Assembly: GCA_965204725.1 (NCBI GenBank)
Contig: OZ242005.1
Coordinates: 160,001-224,000 of the forward strand
Length of the DNA: 64,000 nt
Source: Candidatus Latescibacterota bacterium
GTDB lineage: Bacteria; Latescibacterota; UBA2968; UBA8231
Direction: 5' to 3'
In this document: piece after piece, positions 1 through 9,690 of the stretch
How the letters are laid out: every line of letters begins with the position of its first letter
How positions within the stretch are numbered: the first letter of the stretch is position 1
Program-made: the position numbers and the translations under genes
Notes under the pieces: model-generated
Database searches by the model: none
What the model was told of the DNA's origin: nothing
What the model saw: only the letters and a program-made list of their open reading frames with translations

Positions 1-1
1 C

Positions 2-1171
2 CAGAACGGCACGTGGGTCATCGTCAAAATCATCACTGACCAACCCGGCCTCTACGGCATCGGCTCGGCCAGCGAGCACAACCACGCCGCCACGGTCGTC
101 ACAGCCCTCGAAGAGAGCTTGGGGCCGCTGCTGATTGGCCGCGAGGCCAGCCGCATCGAAGATATATGGCAGTGCCTCTACACCAGCGGCTACTGGCGCA
201 GCGGCTCCATTCTCAACGCCGCGCTGGGCGGGATCGACATGGCCCTGTGGGACATCAAGGGCAAGGAAGCCGGGATGCCGGTGTACGATCTGCTCGGCGG
301 AGCCTGCCGCGCGGCCGTGCCCTGCTACGCCCACGCAGGCGGCAGCGACCACGCGGCCCTCGCCGCTGACGTCCAGCGCTACATTGACGAAGGCTGGCCG
401 GTAATCCGCTGCCAACTCGGGGGCTACGGCGGCGGCGGGTTCGTGGAAAACGCTCCCAAGCCGCGCAACCCGTGGTCGGCGGCCCCGGCCTTTGACGACG
501 AAGCCTATCTCGAAGCCATCCCGGCCATGTTCGCCTATCTCCGCAAGCACCTCGGATTTGGCCCCAAGCTGACCCACGATGTCCACGAGCACCTCAAGCC
601 CCAAGTCGCGGTCGCCTTGGCCAAGCGGCTAGAGCCTTACCGGCTCTTCTTTCTCGAAGACGCGCTCGCGCCCGAGCAGATCGGCTGGTTCCGGCTCATG
701 CGCCAGCAATGCACCACGCCGCAGGCCATGGGCGAGCTATTCGTCAATGTCCACGAGTATCTGCCGCTGATTAGCGAACGCCTCATCGACTACGTCCGCG
801 TGCGGGTGGCCAAAGGCGGCGGCATCACCCCGTGCCGCAAAATCGCCGCGCTCTGCGAGTTCTACGGCGTCCAGACAGCTTGGCAGGAGGGCGGAGACAA
901 CGATCCGGTCAACCAAGCGGCCGCCATGCACCTAGACATGGCGAGCTACAGCTTTGGCATCCAAGAGGAGAACGGCTTTGGGCCAGAAGAGCTGGAGGCG
1001 TTTCCCGGACACGCGACCATGGAAGGGGGCTACATGTATCCCAACGGCCAGCCCGGCCTAGGGATCGACATCGACGAGGACAAGGCCAAGAAGCTGTTGG
1101 TCGGCGATCAGGTGCGCGCCTTTTACGCGGCCGAAGACCGCCGCGCCGACGGCAGCGTGGTGCGCCCCTAG
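2..1171 (+). CDS. Mandelate racemase/enolase superfamily acid-sugar dehydratase (RspA/ManD-like), 5' truncated by window
   Basis: Frame open from base 2 (QNGTWVIVKIITDQPGLYG...); motifs GGIDMALWDIKGK..GMPVYDLLGG, HDVHE, FLED, MGE; C-terminal RRADGSV. Confidence 0.9.
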   Translation, partial: QNGTWVIVKIITDQPGLYGIGSASEHNHAATVVTALEESLGPLLIGREASRIEDIWQCLYTSGYWRSGSILNAALGGIDMALWDIKGKEAGMPVYDLLGGACRAAVPCYAHAGGSDHAALAADVQRYIDEGWPVIRCQLGGYGGGGFVENAPKPRNPWSAAPAFDDEAYLEAIPAMFAYLRKHLGFGPKLTHDVHEHLKPQVAVALAKRLEPYRLFFLEDALAPEQIGWFRLMRQQCTTPQAMGELFVNVHEYLPLISERLIDYVRVRVAKGGGITPCRKIAALCEFYGVQTAWQEGGDNDPVNQAAAMHLDMASYSFGIQEENGFGPEELEAFPGHATMEGGYMYPNGQPGLGIDIDEDKAKKLLVGDQVRAFYAAEDRRADGSVVRP

Positions 1172-1173
1172 CA

Positions 1174-1205
1174 CTTCCCGCGCAAGTGCCTCGACACGGA
1201 GCGGG
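1174..1205 (-). repeat. Degenerate copy of composite REP (family at 28168 and 43746)
   Basis: cttcccgcgcaag-tgcctcgacacgg resembles the reverse complement of 43746-43800 with an internal deletion. Confidence 0.55.
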
Positions 1206-1225
1206 CTAGCGACCCGCTTTCCTAA

Positions 1226-1360
1226 GAAGCTGTCTGAAAACTCTGGTAGTCGTCCTTTGTGTCTAAACGATACCGGCTGGATTCCCGCTTTCGCGGGAAT
1301 GACGGATCCTGTCTCTACGGCTTGTTCAATATGCCCCAAGATGGGTTTTCAGACCGCCTC
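1226..1360. mobile_element. MITE with IS5-family (IS1031-like) ends carrying a REP
   Basis: 18-bp TIRs gaagctgtctgaaaactc / gaggcggtctgaaaaccc (15/18), flanked by TAA duplication (1223-1225, 1361-1363); no transposase. Confidence 0.7.
1277..1303. repeat. REP palindrome CTGGATTCCC-N8-GGGAATGAC
   Basis: ctggattcccgctttcgcgggaatgac; further copies at 53555 and 55701. Confidence 0.9.
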
Positions 1361-1361
1361 T

Positions 1362-1418
1362 AAGGATCGAGGGCATCTTGCCCTCGTCGAGGGCGGGACG
1401 CCCTCGATCCCGGACGCA
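1362..1418. repeat. REP family gatcgagggcatcttgccctcgatc with internal extra hairpin
   Basis: Reverse complement of 60125-60161 plus inserted tcgagggcgggacgccctcg. Confidence 0.8.
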
Positions 1419-1437
1419 AAGAGACGACCACCAGATC

Positions 1438-3039
1438 TCAGCGGGCGGTCAGCATCGTCACCCGATGGGGTTCGGTTCCCGGCGGCTGTTTTCGCGCCCC
1501 GTGAGCATCGCGGAGCGTGAACGGGTGGTGCATGAGGAGGTCCTGCTTGCCGTCTTCGTTGAGATCCACCAGCCATGCGTACTCCCGGTCATTGGGCAGG
1601 TCAGTCGCCACCCTCTGAGGCCGCGGGGCGAACAGGTCCGGTCCCGGGACGCCGACAAAGACATGCAATTCCTTATGGCCTCCCTCAATGAGCAGGTCCG
1701 AGCGACCATCGCCGGTCACATCGCCGATGAGCAGAGTCCGGTTGAACGCACGTCGGTACTGTTTTTGCGTCCGATGGCTTTCGTGCTTCCCCCCTCGAAG
1801 GACGACGTCGAGCGGCACCCACCCCGGCTCCCTATGGCTGGGCGCACCGTCTAACTGGATTCTGCGGGTAGCGTTAGGTCGGTCGCTGTAAAGGCCCCCT
1901 CGCGCTTGGTAGAACTCAATATCCAGCCATACATCATCGCCCATGAACCCCTTGAATCGCTTCCAGAGGCTGCTTTCGAGGTACTCGACCGCAATGGTTG
2001 TGAACATCAAGTCAACGTAGCCGTCGCGGTCCAAGTCGTGCCGGTCCATCCCAAGTTGGATTCTGCCATCCGACGCAAACGCGACATCGCTGCCCCGGGC
2101 AAACGCAGTGCCGCCGTCGGGGGTTGGCACACCGAAATGCACATTGAAGGCGGAACGTTTGCTGGAAATGCGCCGGCCCTCAAGCGAGAAGGTCGCCAAG
2201 TCGGCCACGCCATCGCCGTTCAGGTCCGCCAACGAGTGCAGCACCTTCCCAGTCATGTCTCCGGTGGCGAGCGAGCCGAGGTCGTCGGAGTCGAAGGCGA
2301 CATCAGTCGCAAAGGGCTTGGCCGCTGCGGCAAACAACCCGCGCTCGTCTTGGAGATGCACCTCAAAGTGGTCCGCGTTCCAGCACACCAAGTCGCCACG
2401 ACCGTCGCGGTTGAAGTCCACCTCGTGGATGCGGCTTTGAGACCAAGGGTCGTAGCGATAGCCGTCGACCCCGTAGATCCGACCCAATTCGGGGGCGGGA
2501 CCGATCTTCACGGGATCGGCAAACCCCCCGTCGTCCATCTGAACGAACACCGAGAAGCCATCGACGTCTGGCACGACCAAGTCGTCGCGTCCATCGCCGT
2601 TCACATCCCGCGTGACATCTACATGGGGGATTTCGCCGCGCCGAGGCGGAGTAAAGTGGGCAGTAACCGCGACCAAGGCGCGTTCCATCGCCGCGTCGGG
2701 GTCGAACCAGTTCAGGCGACCGCGCTCGTACGCAATCAAGCGGTCGCGTCCACCGATATTAGCCACATCCACGAACAACACGCCGGGCCGCAACGTTGCG
2801 TCGAGAACCGGCCCCCAAGCACCGTTATCGAACCCGTATATTTGCACGCGGCGGTCGCCATTGGCGTCGATGTTCACTACCACCAGTTCCGCCCTAGCAC
2901 CACCGAGGAGAAATCCCGTCAAAACAGTCAGGCGTTTCCCCGGGCCGATGACGACCTCGTACCGCTCAAAAGCGAACTCTTCGCCGAGCAGCCCCGAGCA
3001 GCTAAAAGCGAGTAGAAAAAGCGTCTTAAAAATAGGCAT
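1438..3039 (-). CDS. FG-GAP/VCBS repeat beta-propeller protein, secreted
   Basis: Repeated DVNGDGRDDL, DFNRDGRGDL, DLNGDGVADL, GDVTGDGRSDL motifs; signal-like MPIFKTLFLLAFSC start overlapping upstream stop. Confidence 0.85.
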   Translation of the reverse strand: MPIFKTLFLLAFSCSGLLGEEFAFERYEVVIGPGKRLTVLTGFLLGGARAELVVVNIDANGDRRVQIYGFDNGAWGPVLDATLRPGVLFVDVANIGGRDRLIAYERGRLNWFDPDAAMERALVAVTAHFTPPRRGEIPHVDVTRDVNGDGRDDLVVPDVDGFSVFVQMDDGGFADPVKIGPAPELGRIYGVDGYRYDPWSQSRIHEVDFNRDGRGDLVCWNADHFEVHLQDERGLFAAAAKPFATDVAFDSDDLGSLATGDMTGKVLHSLADLNGDGVADLATFSLEGRRISSKRSAFNVHFGVPTPDGGTAFARGSDVAFASDGRIQLGMDRHDLDRDGYVDLMFTTIAVEYLESSLWKRFKGFMGDDVWLDIEFYQARGGLYSDRPNATRRIQLDGAPSHREPGWVPLDVVLRGGKHESHRTQKQYRRAFNRTLLIGDVTGDGRSDLLIEGGHKELHVFVGVPGPDLFAPRPQRVATDLPNDREYAWLVDLNEDGKQDLLMHHPFTLRDAHGARKQPPGTEPHRVTMLTAR

Positions 3040-3553
3040 GTAGGCCCGACCCCACGTAAACGCCAGCAAGCCCCTTAGACTGATCACTCGCTTTTTCTCT
3101 GCCAAACCCCTGACCGACTGCTACGTTCAAGCCGAGCGGGATCCCGCCCAGTGAAAACACCAACTCGCCGCCAAAAGCAAGTCCAACGCCCAGCGTCGTG
3201 GTCTCGACGATCTTGCGGCGGGATCGCTGCCCTTCCTCAAATCGCCAGCCCCCTTCTAAGGTAAAATAAAGTCGGGCGATATTCCGTTTGTTTTGGTGCT
3301 CGAATATGGCATAGGAAACGCCAGCCCCTAGCATGTGGTCGCTGTTTTGATCTCTGAGAATAAAGCGTCCAACGGTTTGCAGATATACGGGGGCCAGCCC
3401 GGTATAACGAAGGCTAATTCCACCAAAGGCGGAGGTCGCTCCCTGAACTCCAATACCGAAACTCTTGGTCAGGTCTGTTGCTCGCGCCGGAGCCGAGAAA
3501 CTCAAGGTTGCACCCAACAAGATACCGATTAGGCAAGCAATCGAGCGCGTCAT
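3026..3553 (-). CDS. Small outer-membrane beta-barrel protein
   Basis: Signal peptide ending ARA, alternating amphipathic strands, C-terminal GLHAYF. Confidence 0.7.
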   Translation of the reverse strand: MTRSIACLIGILLGATLSFSAPARATDLTKSFGIGVQGATSAFGGISLRYTGLAPVYLQTVGRFILRDQNSDHMLGAGVSYAIFEHQNKRNIARLYFTLEGGWRFEEGQRSRRKIVETTTLGVGLAFGGELVFSLGGIPLGLNVAVGQGFGREKASDQSKGLAGVYVGSGLHAYF

Positions 3554-3584
3554 TGCATCCTCTCCGTGTTAAGGCGGGGTGCGC

Positions 3585-4526
3585 CTAGGGCCGGACCGAG
3601 AAGCCGAAGGAATCCACCGCGGCCGAGGCAAACAGGCCGATCCCGTTCTCCACGTGGAAGAGCGGCCGTTGAAAGCTCTGACCGGCCTCGCCGCTGCTCC
3701 GTTCCGCATCGAGATTGTCGGTGCGGACCAAGTCGAACCAATTCTGGTCAACGGCAAAGAGCTTGATTTTGTAACGCCCGGCATAGTAGATGCCGTCCCA
3801 AGGCAGGTAGAGTTCGCCGTCTTCCAAACTCAACAGGGGCAAGGTCTCTAAGCGCTCAAACTCAAAGTCTTCCAAGTCCTCAAACCAGTCGTCGTCAAAC
3901 AACAGCGGGCTGGAATCCTCTAGGTTGGCGACGCGCACTTGGTACGACAAGGCGACGCCCTCGTCCTGAAACCGGGCTGCGAGTGCGCCCTTATCGTACT
4001 CCAATCGGTTTTCCTCGGCCTCATAAACCCCGTCGCCGATCTCGGCAAACAACTTCAACCGCCGCAGTTCGGTTTCTAAATCGTCGTCCAAGAGCCACAA
4101 CTCGTCGATGCGGATGCGCGCTGGCGTCTGGGTCTGGGCGCGCACCGCCAACCCCTCTTCAGTGCCAACGCGCAACTCGTAGCGGCGGCTCGGCTCCACC
4201 ACCGGCGCGTCGTCCGGCGGCAGGTAGTTGCCGGCTCGGACTGGATCCGGGCGGTATGCAAACACCGCGTCGTCGCTGTGAATGGAGACAGTGGCCCCCT
4301 CCAGCAGGGTGGCCGCGGCCGAATAGGAACGACCGGGAGCGACCGTGCGCCGCAGGACGACCGGCGGCAGGGGCGCATCGACGATGAGAACGGCATCGAC
4401 GACCGGGAGGTCGGCCTCGCTGGGACCAAACAGTTCGGCCGGGTCGCGGTCGGCCGCGAGCGGCCCGGGGGCTTGGCAAGACAGGAGCGGGATGAGGGCC
4501 AGCAGCAAGAGGCATCTAGGCAGCAT
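3585..4526 (-). CDS. DUF4249-like lipoprotein
   Basis: Lipobox LLSC; PVVDAVL; C-terminal HVENGIGLFASAAVD; directly follows TonB receptor. Confidence 0.8.
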   Translation of the reverse strand: MLPRCLLLLALIPLLSCQAPGPLAADRDPAELFGPSEADLPVVDAVLIVDAPLPPVVLRRTVAPGRSYSAAATLLEGATVSIHSDDAVFAYRPDPVRAGNYLPPDDAPVVEPSRRYELRVGTEEGLAVRAQTQTPARIRIDELWLLDDDLETELRRLKLFAEIGDGVYEAEENRLEYDKGALAARFQDEGVALSYQVRVANLEDSSPLLFDDDWFEDLEDFEFERLETLPLLSLEDGELYLPWDGIYYAGRYKIKLFAVDQNWFDLVRTDNLDAERSSGEAGQSFQRPLFHVENGIGLFASAAVDSFGFSVRP

Positions 4527-4527
4527 C

Positions 4528-6804
4528 TTAAAACCTGAAGTCAAAGCCGAAGGTCGGCACAATGGGCAGCATTTTGACCACGATCGGTTGCTCGGTAGCG
4601 TCTTCGGGGTCGTACTGGACAAACCATTCGTTGCGGCGGTTATACGCATTGAAAATTTGCAGGTAGAACTCAACATCCGCCCCAAACAGCCCAAACGCCC
4701 ACCGCATCCCAACATCCAAGCGGTGGTAGGGCAGCAGCCGGGCGGTGTTGCGCCGCGCCGCCAGCAGCCGGTCAATGGGGCGGTCGGAGGCGGGGTCGCG
4801 CAAGGTGTAACGGGCCGCAGGCGGCGTGTAGGCTTGGCCCGTGCCGTACGAAAAATTGGCGGTCCAAGTCCAGCGGTCCAAGCGATAGGCCGCCGTCAAC
4901 GACACGTCGTGGCGTCGGTCGTATTTGGGCGGAAAGGTCTGGCCGCCATCTATATCCGGGAACGCCCGCCGCGTCCAGCCGAGGGTGTAGCCCAGCCAGC
5001 CCGTGAGACGCCCGCCGCGCTTTTCGGCAAACAGCTCCACGCCGGTAGCATAGCCCGTGCCGCCGGTTTTGAACACGTCCTCAGAGGTCTCCGGTTCGTA
5101 GTTTTCCTCCCGCTCCTCGTCGAGGACGACGAGGTGAGCCAAGTCCGTATAGTACGTCTCGAGACTGAGCCGATAGCGGTTGGAAGGCTCCCACTCCAAA
5201 CCCGCAACCCCCTGATAGGAGCGCCCCGGCTCGACCGTCTCGTCGAGGGGAAGCCACAGATCGCCGCCGCTGAAACCCTCGGACGACACCAGTTGCAAGT
5301 ACTGCCGATAGCTCCCCCCGGCCAGCTTGACGCGCCAGCCTTCGCCGAGTACGCGACTCAGGGAAAAACGCGGGTTGAGCGACAGGTGCCCGCCTTCTTC
5401 ATAATAAGTTCCGCGCAGGCCCAGCCGGGCTTCGGTCAGCGGCGTCACCTGCCAGTCGTCTTGGAGATAGGCCGAAATTAGATAGGGCCGTACTAATTGG
5501 TCGTTCTCGTACTGATCAAAGCGCACGCCGTAGTCAAAGCGGAAGAACGTAACGCCGACCCCGGCGCGGAGCGTGTGCGCGGCCGCGGCAAAGTAGTCGA
5601 GGTCGCCCTGTACGGAGACTTCCCGCACGCGATTGCGCACCGCAATGGGCGTACCGAACAAATTGAGAGTGATGTCGCTTTGGTATCTCGAATACAGGGC
5701 CATCACGCGCCCGAAGAGGGCCGGTGAAAACACGTGCGTCCAGCGCCCGGTCAGAGCCTCGTTGCCCCAGTTATTGCCAAAGGACAAGGTGTTGGTGCTA
5801 TCGCTGCGGGCGCTGCCCGCGCTCGCGCTGATGTCGAGGTGGTCGTTGCCGCCGTACGCGCTGAGCATGAGGTTGTCGTTCGGGCCGAGCTGGGTATTGA
5901 CCTTGGCGTTGACATCGTAAAACCAGTAGCCGAGGCCATTGAGGTCGTCGGTGCTTCGCCGCACTGCCCGCAGCACGGGATCGATGTACGTGCGCCGCCC
6001 CGCGACCATCCACGAGCCTTGGCCGAGCGGCCCCTCGCTCATGAGCCGGCTGGTGATCAGGCTAACGCCGCCGCGGGTGCTAAAGTCGCGGCGGTTGCCA
6101 TCGCGGTTTTGCACATCGAGGACAGCGCTTAGGCTACCGCCGTATTGGGCCGGATAAGTGCCCTTGTACAACGTGACGTTCTTGATGGCGTCTGGATTGA
6201 AGGTGGAGAAGAAGCCAAAGGCGTGCGACGGATTGTAGAGCCGCATCTGGTCGAGCAGGATGGCAGTCTGGTCGGGGCCACCCCCGCGCACATAGAGTCC
6301 ACTGCTAAAATCCGATGCCGCTTGTACCCCCGGCAGCAGTTGCAAGCTCCGCAGCAGATCCGGCTCGGCCATGGCCGCCATCTGTTGCAAGTCTGCCACT
6401 GGCATGGCGACCACACTCGGCCGCTGGTTCACGTCGCTTTCGACCGCGGTCGCCTCGGCCTCCACGACGACCTCCCCCAGCTCTAGGGCTTGTCGATTGA
6501 GTTCAATATCCCAGCGCAGCGCTTGGCCAGCGGTCAACGCCAGCGTGTCTTGGTGGGTTGTGTAGCCAATGTAGGACGCGGTGACGACCCACGTCCCGGG
6601 CGGGATGGCCGGGATGGCGTAATAGCCCTCGCTGTTGGTCAGCGCCCCCAACTCTCGGTCTGCAACGGCGATGGCGACCGCGGCATTGGGCAAGCGCTCG
6701 CCATCGCTGCGGTCGCGGACAAACCCGCTGAGGGTGCTCGTGGTCTGCGCCCATGCCGCGGTGGGCAGGATGACCATTGCAGCCCCTGCTATCCATCGAT
6801 TCAT
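4528..6804 (-). CDS. TonB-dependent receptor with carboxypeptidase-regulatory-like N-domain
   Basis: LSGFVRD..GERLPNA, plug EPDLLRSLQLLPGV..GLYVRGGGPDQ, YHRLD, C-terminal FDFRF. Confidence 0.93.
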   Translation of the reverse strand: MNRWIAGAAMVILPTAAWAQTTSTLSGFVRDRSDGERLPNAAVAIAVADRELGALTNSEGYYAIPAIPPGTWVVTASYIGYTTHQDTLALTAGQALRWDIELNRQALELGEVVVEAEATAVESDVNQRPSVVAMPVADLQQMAAMAEPDLLRSLQLLPGVQAASDFSSGLYVRGGGPDQTAILLDQMRLYNPSHAFGFFSTFNPDAIKNVTLYKGTYPAQYGGSLSAVLDVQNRDGNRRDFSTRGGVSLITSRLMSEGPLGQGSWMVAGRRTYIDPVLRAVRRSTDDLNGLGYWFYDVNAKVNTQLGPNDNLMLSAYGGNDHLDISASAGSARSDSTNTLSFGNNWGNEALTGRWTHVFSPALFGRVMALYSRYQSDITLNLFGTPIAVRNRVREVSVQGDLDYFAAAAHTLRAGVGVTFFRFDYGVRFDQYENDQLVRPYLISAYLQDDWQVTPLTEARLGLRGTYYEEGGHLSLNPRFSLSRVLGEGWRVKLAGGSYRQYLQLVSSEGFSGGDLWLPLDETVEPGRSYQGVAGLEWEPSNRYRLSLETYYTDLAHLVVLDEEREENYEPETSEDVFKTGGTGYATGVELFAEKRGGRLTGWLGYTLGWTRRAFPDIDGGQTFPPKYDRRHDVSLTAAYRLDRWTWTANFSYGTGQAYTPPAARYTLRDPASDRPIDRLLAARRNTARLLPYHRLDVGMRWAFGLFGADVEFYLQIFNAYNRRNEWFVQYDPEDATEQPIVVKMLPIVPTFGFDFRF

Positions 6805-6817
6805 GAATCACCTGCTC

Positions 6818-9493
6818 CTAGCGGATCAAGGCCATCCGTCCTGGCGCGGTAAAGTCCTCTCCAGCGGTGAGCCGGTACAAATAGACGCCGCTAGCGGCTG
6901 GCCGGCCCTCGTCGTCGCGACCGTTCCAAGGAGTGCGATAGTGCCCGGCCGGTAGCATCTCGCCGCGGTACAGGGCGCGGACGCGGCGTCCGAGCGCGTC
7001 GTACACCACCAAATGCACGGGTGCGGTCCTCGCCACGTCGAAAGCAATGGTCGTGCTGGCGTTGAATGGATTGGGCCAGTTGCCGTGCAACCGAAATGCC
7101 TCGGGCACACCGGCAGCCTGCTCAGCAATCGCCGTCTGAATGTGATTTGGAGCACCCGGCGAGGGATCGCTCACGGTCTGAAAGTCGCCCGTAATGTCGG
7201 GGACGCGGGCAAAGCTGGTTCCCTCATCGGCCTGTCCCTTTTCCCAATCAATACTAGCGACTAGGGTTCCGTCGGCCGTCCAGATGCCCAACTCTTCGTC
7301 GCGCCCGAGGGCAAACCCGGGCCATCCGTCTTTGTCTAGCTCAATCTGTAGATACGCACCCGCCTCAATGACCGTGCCGGCCGGAAAGGCCGTGCGCTTG
7401 CTGGCGTCCGTCAGATCGTCGGCCATCACAAAGTCCGCGAGATCGATCCGCTCATTTGAGGCATTGTACAGTTCAAACCAATCGAGCGGATCGCCTTGGG
7501 CGGCGACCTCGTTGATGATCAGGGCGATTTCGGCCTCGGCTTCGTCGTCTCCATCTTCTGACGCAGCGTCTCCGCCAAAGCCAAACAAGGTGCCGTAGAA
7601 TCGGCCCGCAACCCTTGCACCCGGTTCGGTGCTGGCCTCGTCAAACTCAACCCCGCCTTGGCCGATCAGGTCAAACTGCTCCGGGGGACTATCCGGGGAT
7701 GGCAACCACAAGCGGTAGCCGCTGACCGCATCCATGTCAATGGGCAAGTTGGCACCGCTCACCATGCGGTCAATCGGCAATTCCACCGCGAGGATGTCTA
7801 TGGTAGCGTCCGGCCCGAGGCTAATGATAGAGATAGACGCCCTCTCTTCAGCGTCGCGTCCTTCGCCCTCTGCTCCCACCGCGTCCTCAAATTCTCCTTG
7901 GTCAATGGCATCGTCGCCGTTGGCGTCTATGGTCAGAATTTCTTCCCACGGCGGCAGGTCTTCCACGCCGAGTGTGCGGGCCGCATCGTAGTCGGCTCGG
8001 TCAAAAACGCCATTGCCGTTGCCGTCGAGCGCACCCAAGGTTTCATCCCAGCTTTCACCTCGCTCGGCCTCGTCTTCTTCAATGCCGGCCGTGGCCCCCG
8101 AGCGCCCAAAGCGTTGCTTTTTTCCACCCAACTCGTAATCGACAAATTCGACCGTCCCTTCCCCCAGCGGATTCTCGCTGGCACTCGATCCCCAAGTCGT
8201 CTCAAAGCGCAGGTCAAAAGAGCCTATCTCCGCCCAGCAGATGTCGGCCGCAGCCAAGGGCCAAGGCCAAGCGGGCGGCTCCGGCTCGAGATCGGCCAAA
8301 ATCACCGCCCGCCGTGCGCGGATGAACCGGCGCACCCGGTCTGCGTCGCGGGCGGCAATCTCCCGCCTTTCAGGTAGGATGTGCTGCTGGACGATCGCCG
8401 CCATCTCGTCGGCGAGTTGCAATAGTTCTTCTTCGTTCCAGACCGCATCGAGCAGCTCCTTGAGGCGGCTCACATAAGCGGCTTGCATTGCGTCGTCGCG
8501 GTACAAACGGTGGGCAATGGCCCCGTGCGCCATGACCGCTGGCGGCGACTCAAAATCGTCAAAGGGGATGTCGCTCGACCCGAAGACGTCATCTGCGCCC
8601 CAAGGCATGAACACAAACGGCGCGTCCGGGGCGCGGTAGATGTAGAAGTTGTTGCGGTTGCCGGCGTATCCATCCCAGTGGCCGATGAGCACTTCGATGG
8701 CCCAGAAGGTCAGGAAGTGGTCGAGATCAACAGCCGCGGCGAGGGCTTCTAAGCCGGCCGGGGAAGGGTCTTGCAGCGCGGCGACGACCGCGTCGATGTC
8801 CGACCAGTCGGCCGCGTCCTCGTTGGTTTTCTTTTGAAAGGTGCCGCGCCATCCGGGGCGAAAATCGCTCAGGGTTCCCTCGTAGAGGTTGCCGCTTGGA
8901 TCGGAAAAATTGCGCTGCAAAAAGGCCGTTTTCATGCTCTCGACGTGGACGTACAAGCCCAAGTTTTCGCCGTTTACTGCAACGGTGGCAAAGTTGCAGC
9001 GCGGCGCGGGCAGGCCAGCGGCCGCGAAGACGCGGTACGCCATGCACGTATTGATCATCGAAGGGTCTTGCTGGACGTTGTTCAGGGTCAGGCGCTTCAT
9101 CGCGCCGCCGAGGAGTTGGCCGTCGACGAACTTGTCGAAGCGGACCTTGAGCGCGGGTTTTTCCTTACTCAGCGACCCGAGGAACCCTTTCTTGCGGACG
9201 CCGACTTGGGTGTGGGTTTCGCCATCTACCGTTACCGTCGCCTCGAACCAAGAGAACACATCGTCCGGCGGGCTATCGAGGCAGTCGGCTCCGCCGAGAA
9301 TATCCACAAGGGTCCGCGTCTGGGCGCGCAGCCGGTCCCAATCCTCGGGTGCCATCTCAATGGTCACAGCGAGGACGCGGTCGAGGGCAAAATAGGGGTC
9401 GCTAGCCCCAACCCCAAACGCTGGGCGGACAGCCCAGAGAAACGCCGCAAGCGCGATCCCTGTGGCTCTGAATAAGTTCCGGTGATTTTTCAT
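6818..9493 (-). CDS. CotH kinase family protein with EF-hand pair, lamin-tail domain and FlgD-Ig/T9SS-like C-terminal domain
   Basis: VGVRKKG, K..LKVRFDKF, LTLNN..QDPS, HWDGY..NRNNFY, FMPWGAD; IINEV..DWFELYN; NWPNPFN..VYDALGRRVR..SGVYLYRL; SD aaagga before ATG 9493. Confidence 0.9.
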   Translation of the reverse strand: MKNHRNLFRATGIALAAFLWAVRPAFGVGASDPYFALDRVLAVTIEMAPEDWDRLRAQTRTLVDILGGADCLDSPPDDVFSWFEATVTVDGETHTQVGVRKKGFLGSLSKEKPALKVRFDKFVDGQLLGGAMKRLTLNNVQQDPSMINTCMAYRVFAAAGLPAPRCNFATVAVNGENLGLYVHVESMKTAFLQRNFSDPSGNLYEGTLSDFRPGWRGTFQKKTNEDAADWSDIDAVVAALQDPSPAGLEALAAAVDLDHFLTFWAIEVLIGHWDGYAGNRNNFYIYRAPDAPFVFMPWGADDVFGSSDIPFDDFESPPAVMAHGAIAHRLYRDDAMQAAYVSRLKELLDAVWNEEELLQLADEMAAIVQQHILPERREIAARDADRVRRFIRARRAVILADLEPEPPAWPWPLAAADICWAEIGSFDLRFETTWGSSASENPLGEGTVEFVDYELGGKKQRFGRSGATAGIEEDEAERGESWDETLGALDGNGNGVFDRADYDAARTLGVEDLPPWEEILTIDANGDDAIDQGEFEDAVGAEGEGRDAEERASISIISLGPDATIDILAVELPIDRMVSGANLPIDMDAVSGYRLWLPSPDSPPEQFDLIGQGGVEFDEASTEPGARVAGRFYGTLFGFGGDAASEDGDDEAEAEIALIINEVAAQGDPLDWFELYNASNERIDLADFVMADDLTDASKRTAFPAGTVIEAGAYLQIELDKDGWPGFALGRDEELGIWTADGTLVASIDWEKGQADEGTSFARVPDITGDFQTVSDPSPGAPNHIQTAIAEQAAGVPEAFRLHGNWPNPFNASTTIAFDVARTAPVHLVVYDALGRRVRALYRGEMLPAGHYRTPWNGRDDEGRPAASGVYLYRLTAGEDFTAPGRMALIR

Positions 9494-9568
9494 CTGTCCT
9501 TTTCGCTTGCTTGGAGGGTGGAAAGCGCGGCTGCCCAACGATAGGGCCGCTAGCGATTTTCGGCAACG

Positions 9569-9622
9569 GCACCGCCGCCGCCTGTTTAACACCGCCGCCC
9601 GCCTGTTTTAACACCGCCGCCC
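9569..9622. repeat. Short tandem repeat (caccgccgcc(c)gcctgttt(t)aa) x2.5 between divergent genes
   Basis: Direct reading of sequence. Confidence 0.75.
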
Positions 9623-9654
9623 CGAACCTTTTGCAGCCGCAGGAGGCTATCTAG

Positions 9655-9689
9655 CTTGTAAATTGATGATGGCATCATTAATCTACAAG
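9655..9689 (+). promoter_or_regulatory. 17-bp-arm palindrome overlapping putative -35 TTGTAA / -10 TAATCT promoter of a probably leaderless gene
   Basis: cttgtaaattgatgatg-g-catcattaatctacaag (15/17); 17-bp spacing; -10 ends 7 nt before ATG 9691; no SD. Confidence 0.6.
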
Positions 9690-9690
9690 G

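Noticed and set aside
1906-5481. Long antisense ORFs (369, 378 aa) and similar shadows elsewhere
   Set aside because: Expected opposite GC-rich genes; no motifs.
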